From contig OZ076409.1 of the NCBI GenBank assembly GCA_964187785.1, forward strand, positions 9,736,001-9,800,000: DNA of 64,000 bases, written 5' to 3'. Positions 63,227 to 64,000 of this stretch are shown here, in pieces. Every line of letters begins with the position of its first letter. Position 1 is the first letter of the stretch. The notes below the pieces were generated by a model, which worked only from the letters and a program-made list of their open reading frames with translations, made no database searches and was not told the origin of the DNA. Position numbers and translations under genes: made by a program. The DNA comes from Amphiscolops sp. MND2022 (lineage: Eukaryota).

Positions 63227-64000
63227 GAGGAAACAGCTCCTTTTTAATCAGTAATTTTCTGCGTGTTGAAAACCTTTTTTAAAAATGTTTTAAACAATTA
63301 ATGAAAACATCGCAACCTTGTTTCTACAGTTTGGTCCTTTTAAGTTATTATTGCACAAGTTTTGACTCGTAGAAGTTGCAATGTTTTGAAATCAGTTGGT
63401 CCAATTCCGTACTTTTCCAGTGCTTTCTCCCAATAAATGATTTACTTTCTTATGTCGCGAGAACAGTCGCGAAAGATAAAGCTTTGTCATGATAATTTTA
63501 TTGAAAGGAAATGTTGAAAAGTTGGACCATGTTTCGTATTCCCCCCTTCGTTTGCTTTGAAAATTTGGTCCAATAAAGTAATTGATGTCGACATAATCCT
63601 ATTCATTACATTGCCAGTTAAAAATGCTCATTAGATTTTCTCACAGAGAAAATTTGCGTTGAAATGGGGCTTTTTTATACGATTTTACCTTAAAAGTGAA
63701 TTTCTGCTATTTTGGACAATAATATTTAAAAATTAGGGTAAATTTTTTGCCTGAAGTGTCCAAACAGTTGTAGAGACAATCCTCTATTTACATTCATTAA
63801 TATTCTCCAATTAGTGAAATATTTTTTATTCAACAACAAAATGTGCTTTCGTGTTGGGGGGGGGGGGGGTATTCGCATATTCCCAACAAGGTGTACCGGG
63901 GGGCGATAGAACACATGGTCCAAAGTTCATTCGTTAGTTGAACAGAAACTATCTTTTTTCGCGTGCATAGAAAATCCTGACAATCCTATCAAACCAATTT

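Noticed and set aside
63210..63230. Telomeric repeat (TAACCT)2
   Set aside because: Only two units, located at the LINE 3' end; better explained as the element's tail.

Overview
AT-rich eukaryotic (most likely invertebrate animal) genomic DNA dominated by transposable elements, with three host genes on the + strand. (1) A complete 7-exon glycogen branching enzyme gene (GBE1, 14264-45029, 704 aa when spliced) with a 21.3-kb third intron. (2) A UPRT-homolog gene (four exons from 48430 to 60210, last exon not found in the window). (3) A PEX2-like gene nested on the same strand inside UPRT intron 1, with its ORF split by a hAT-type MITE. Mobile DNA includes a decayed LINE with a 2.85-kb tandem duplication, a non-coding LTR element flanked by a 433-bp host duplication, a hAT transposon whose 3' end is amplified as a 7 x 1.04-kb array, a Tc1/mariner element, many Helentron-type HINEs, several MITEs and a second LINE. 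The most unusual items are: an unclassified, decayed, multi-ORF minus-strand element in GBE1 intron 3 (17.5-27.3 kb); an SGNH-hydrolase-like ORF family shared by that element and the LINE; and a splice acceptor 2-11 nt before the ATG of seven different ORFs, which hints at spliced-leader trans-splicing. All calls come from reading the sequence by eye; no searches were run.
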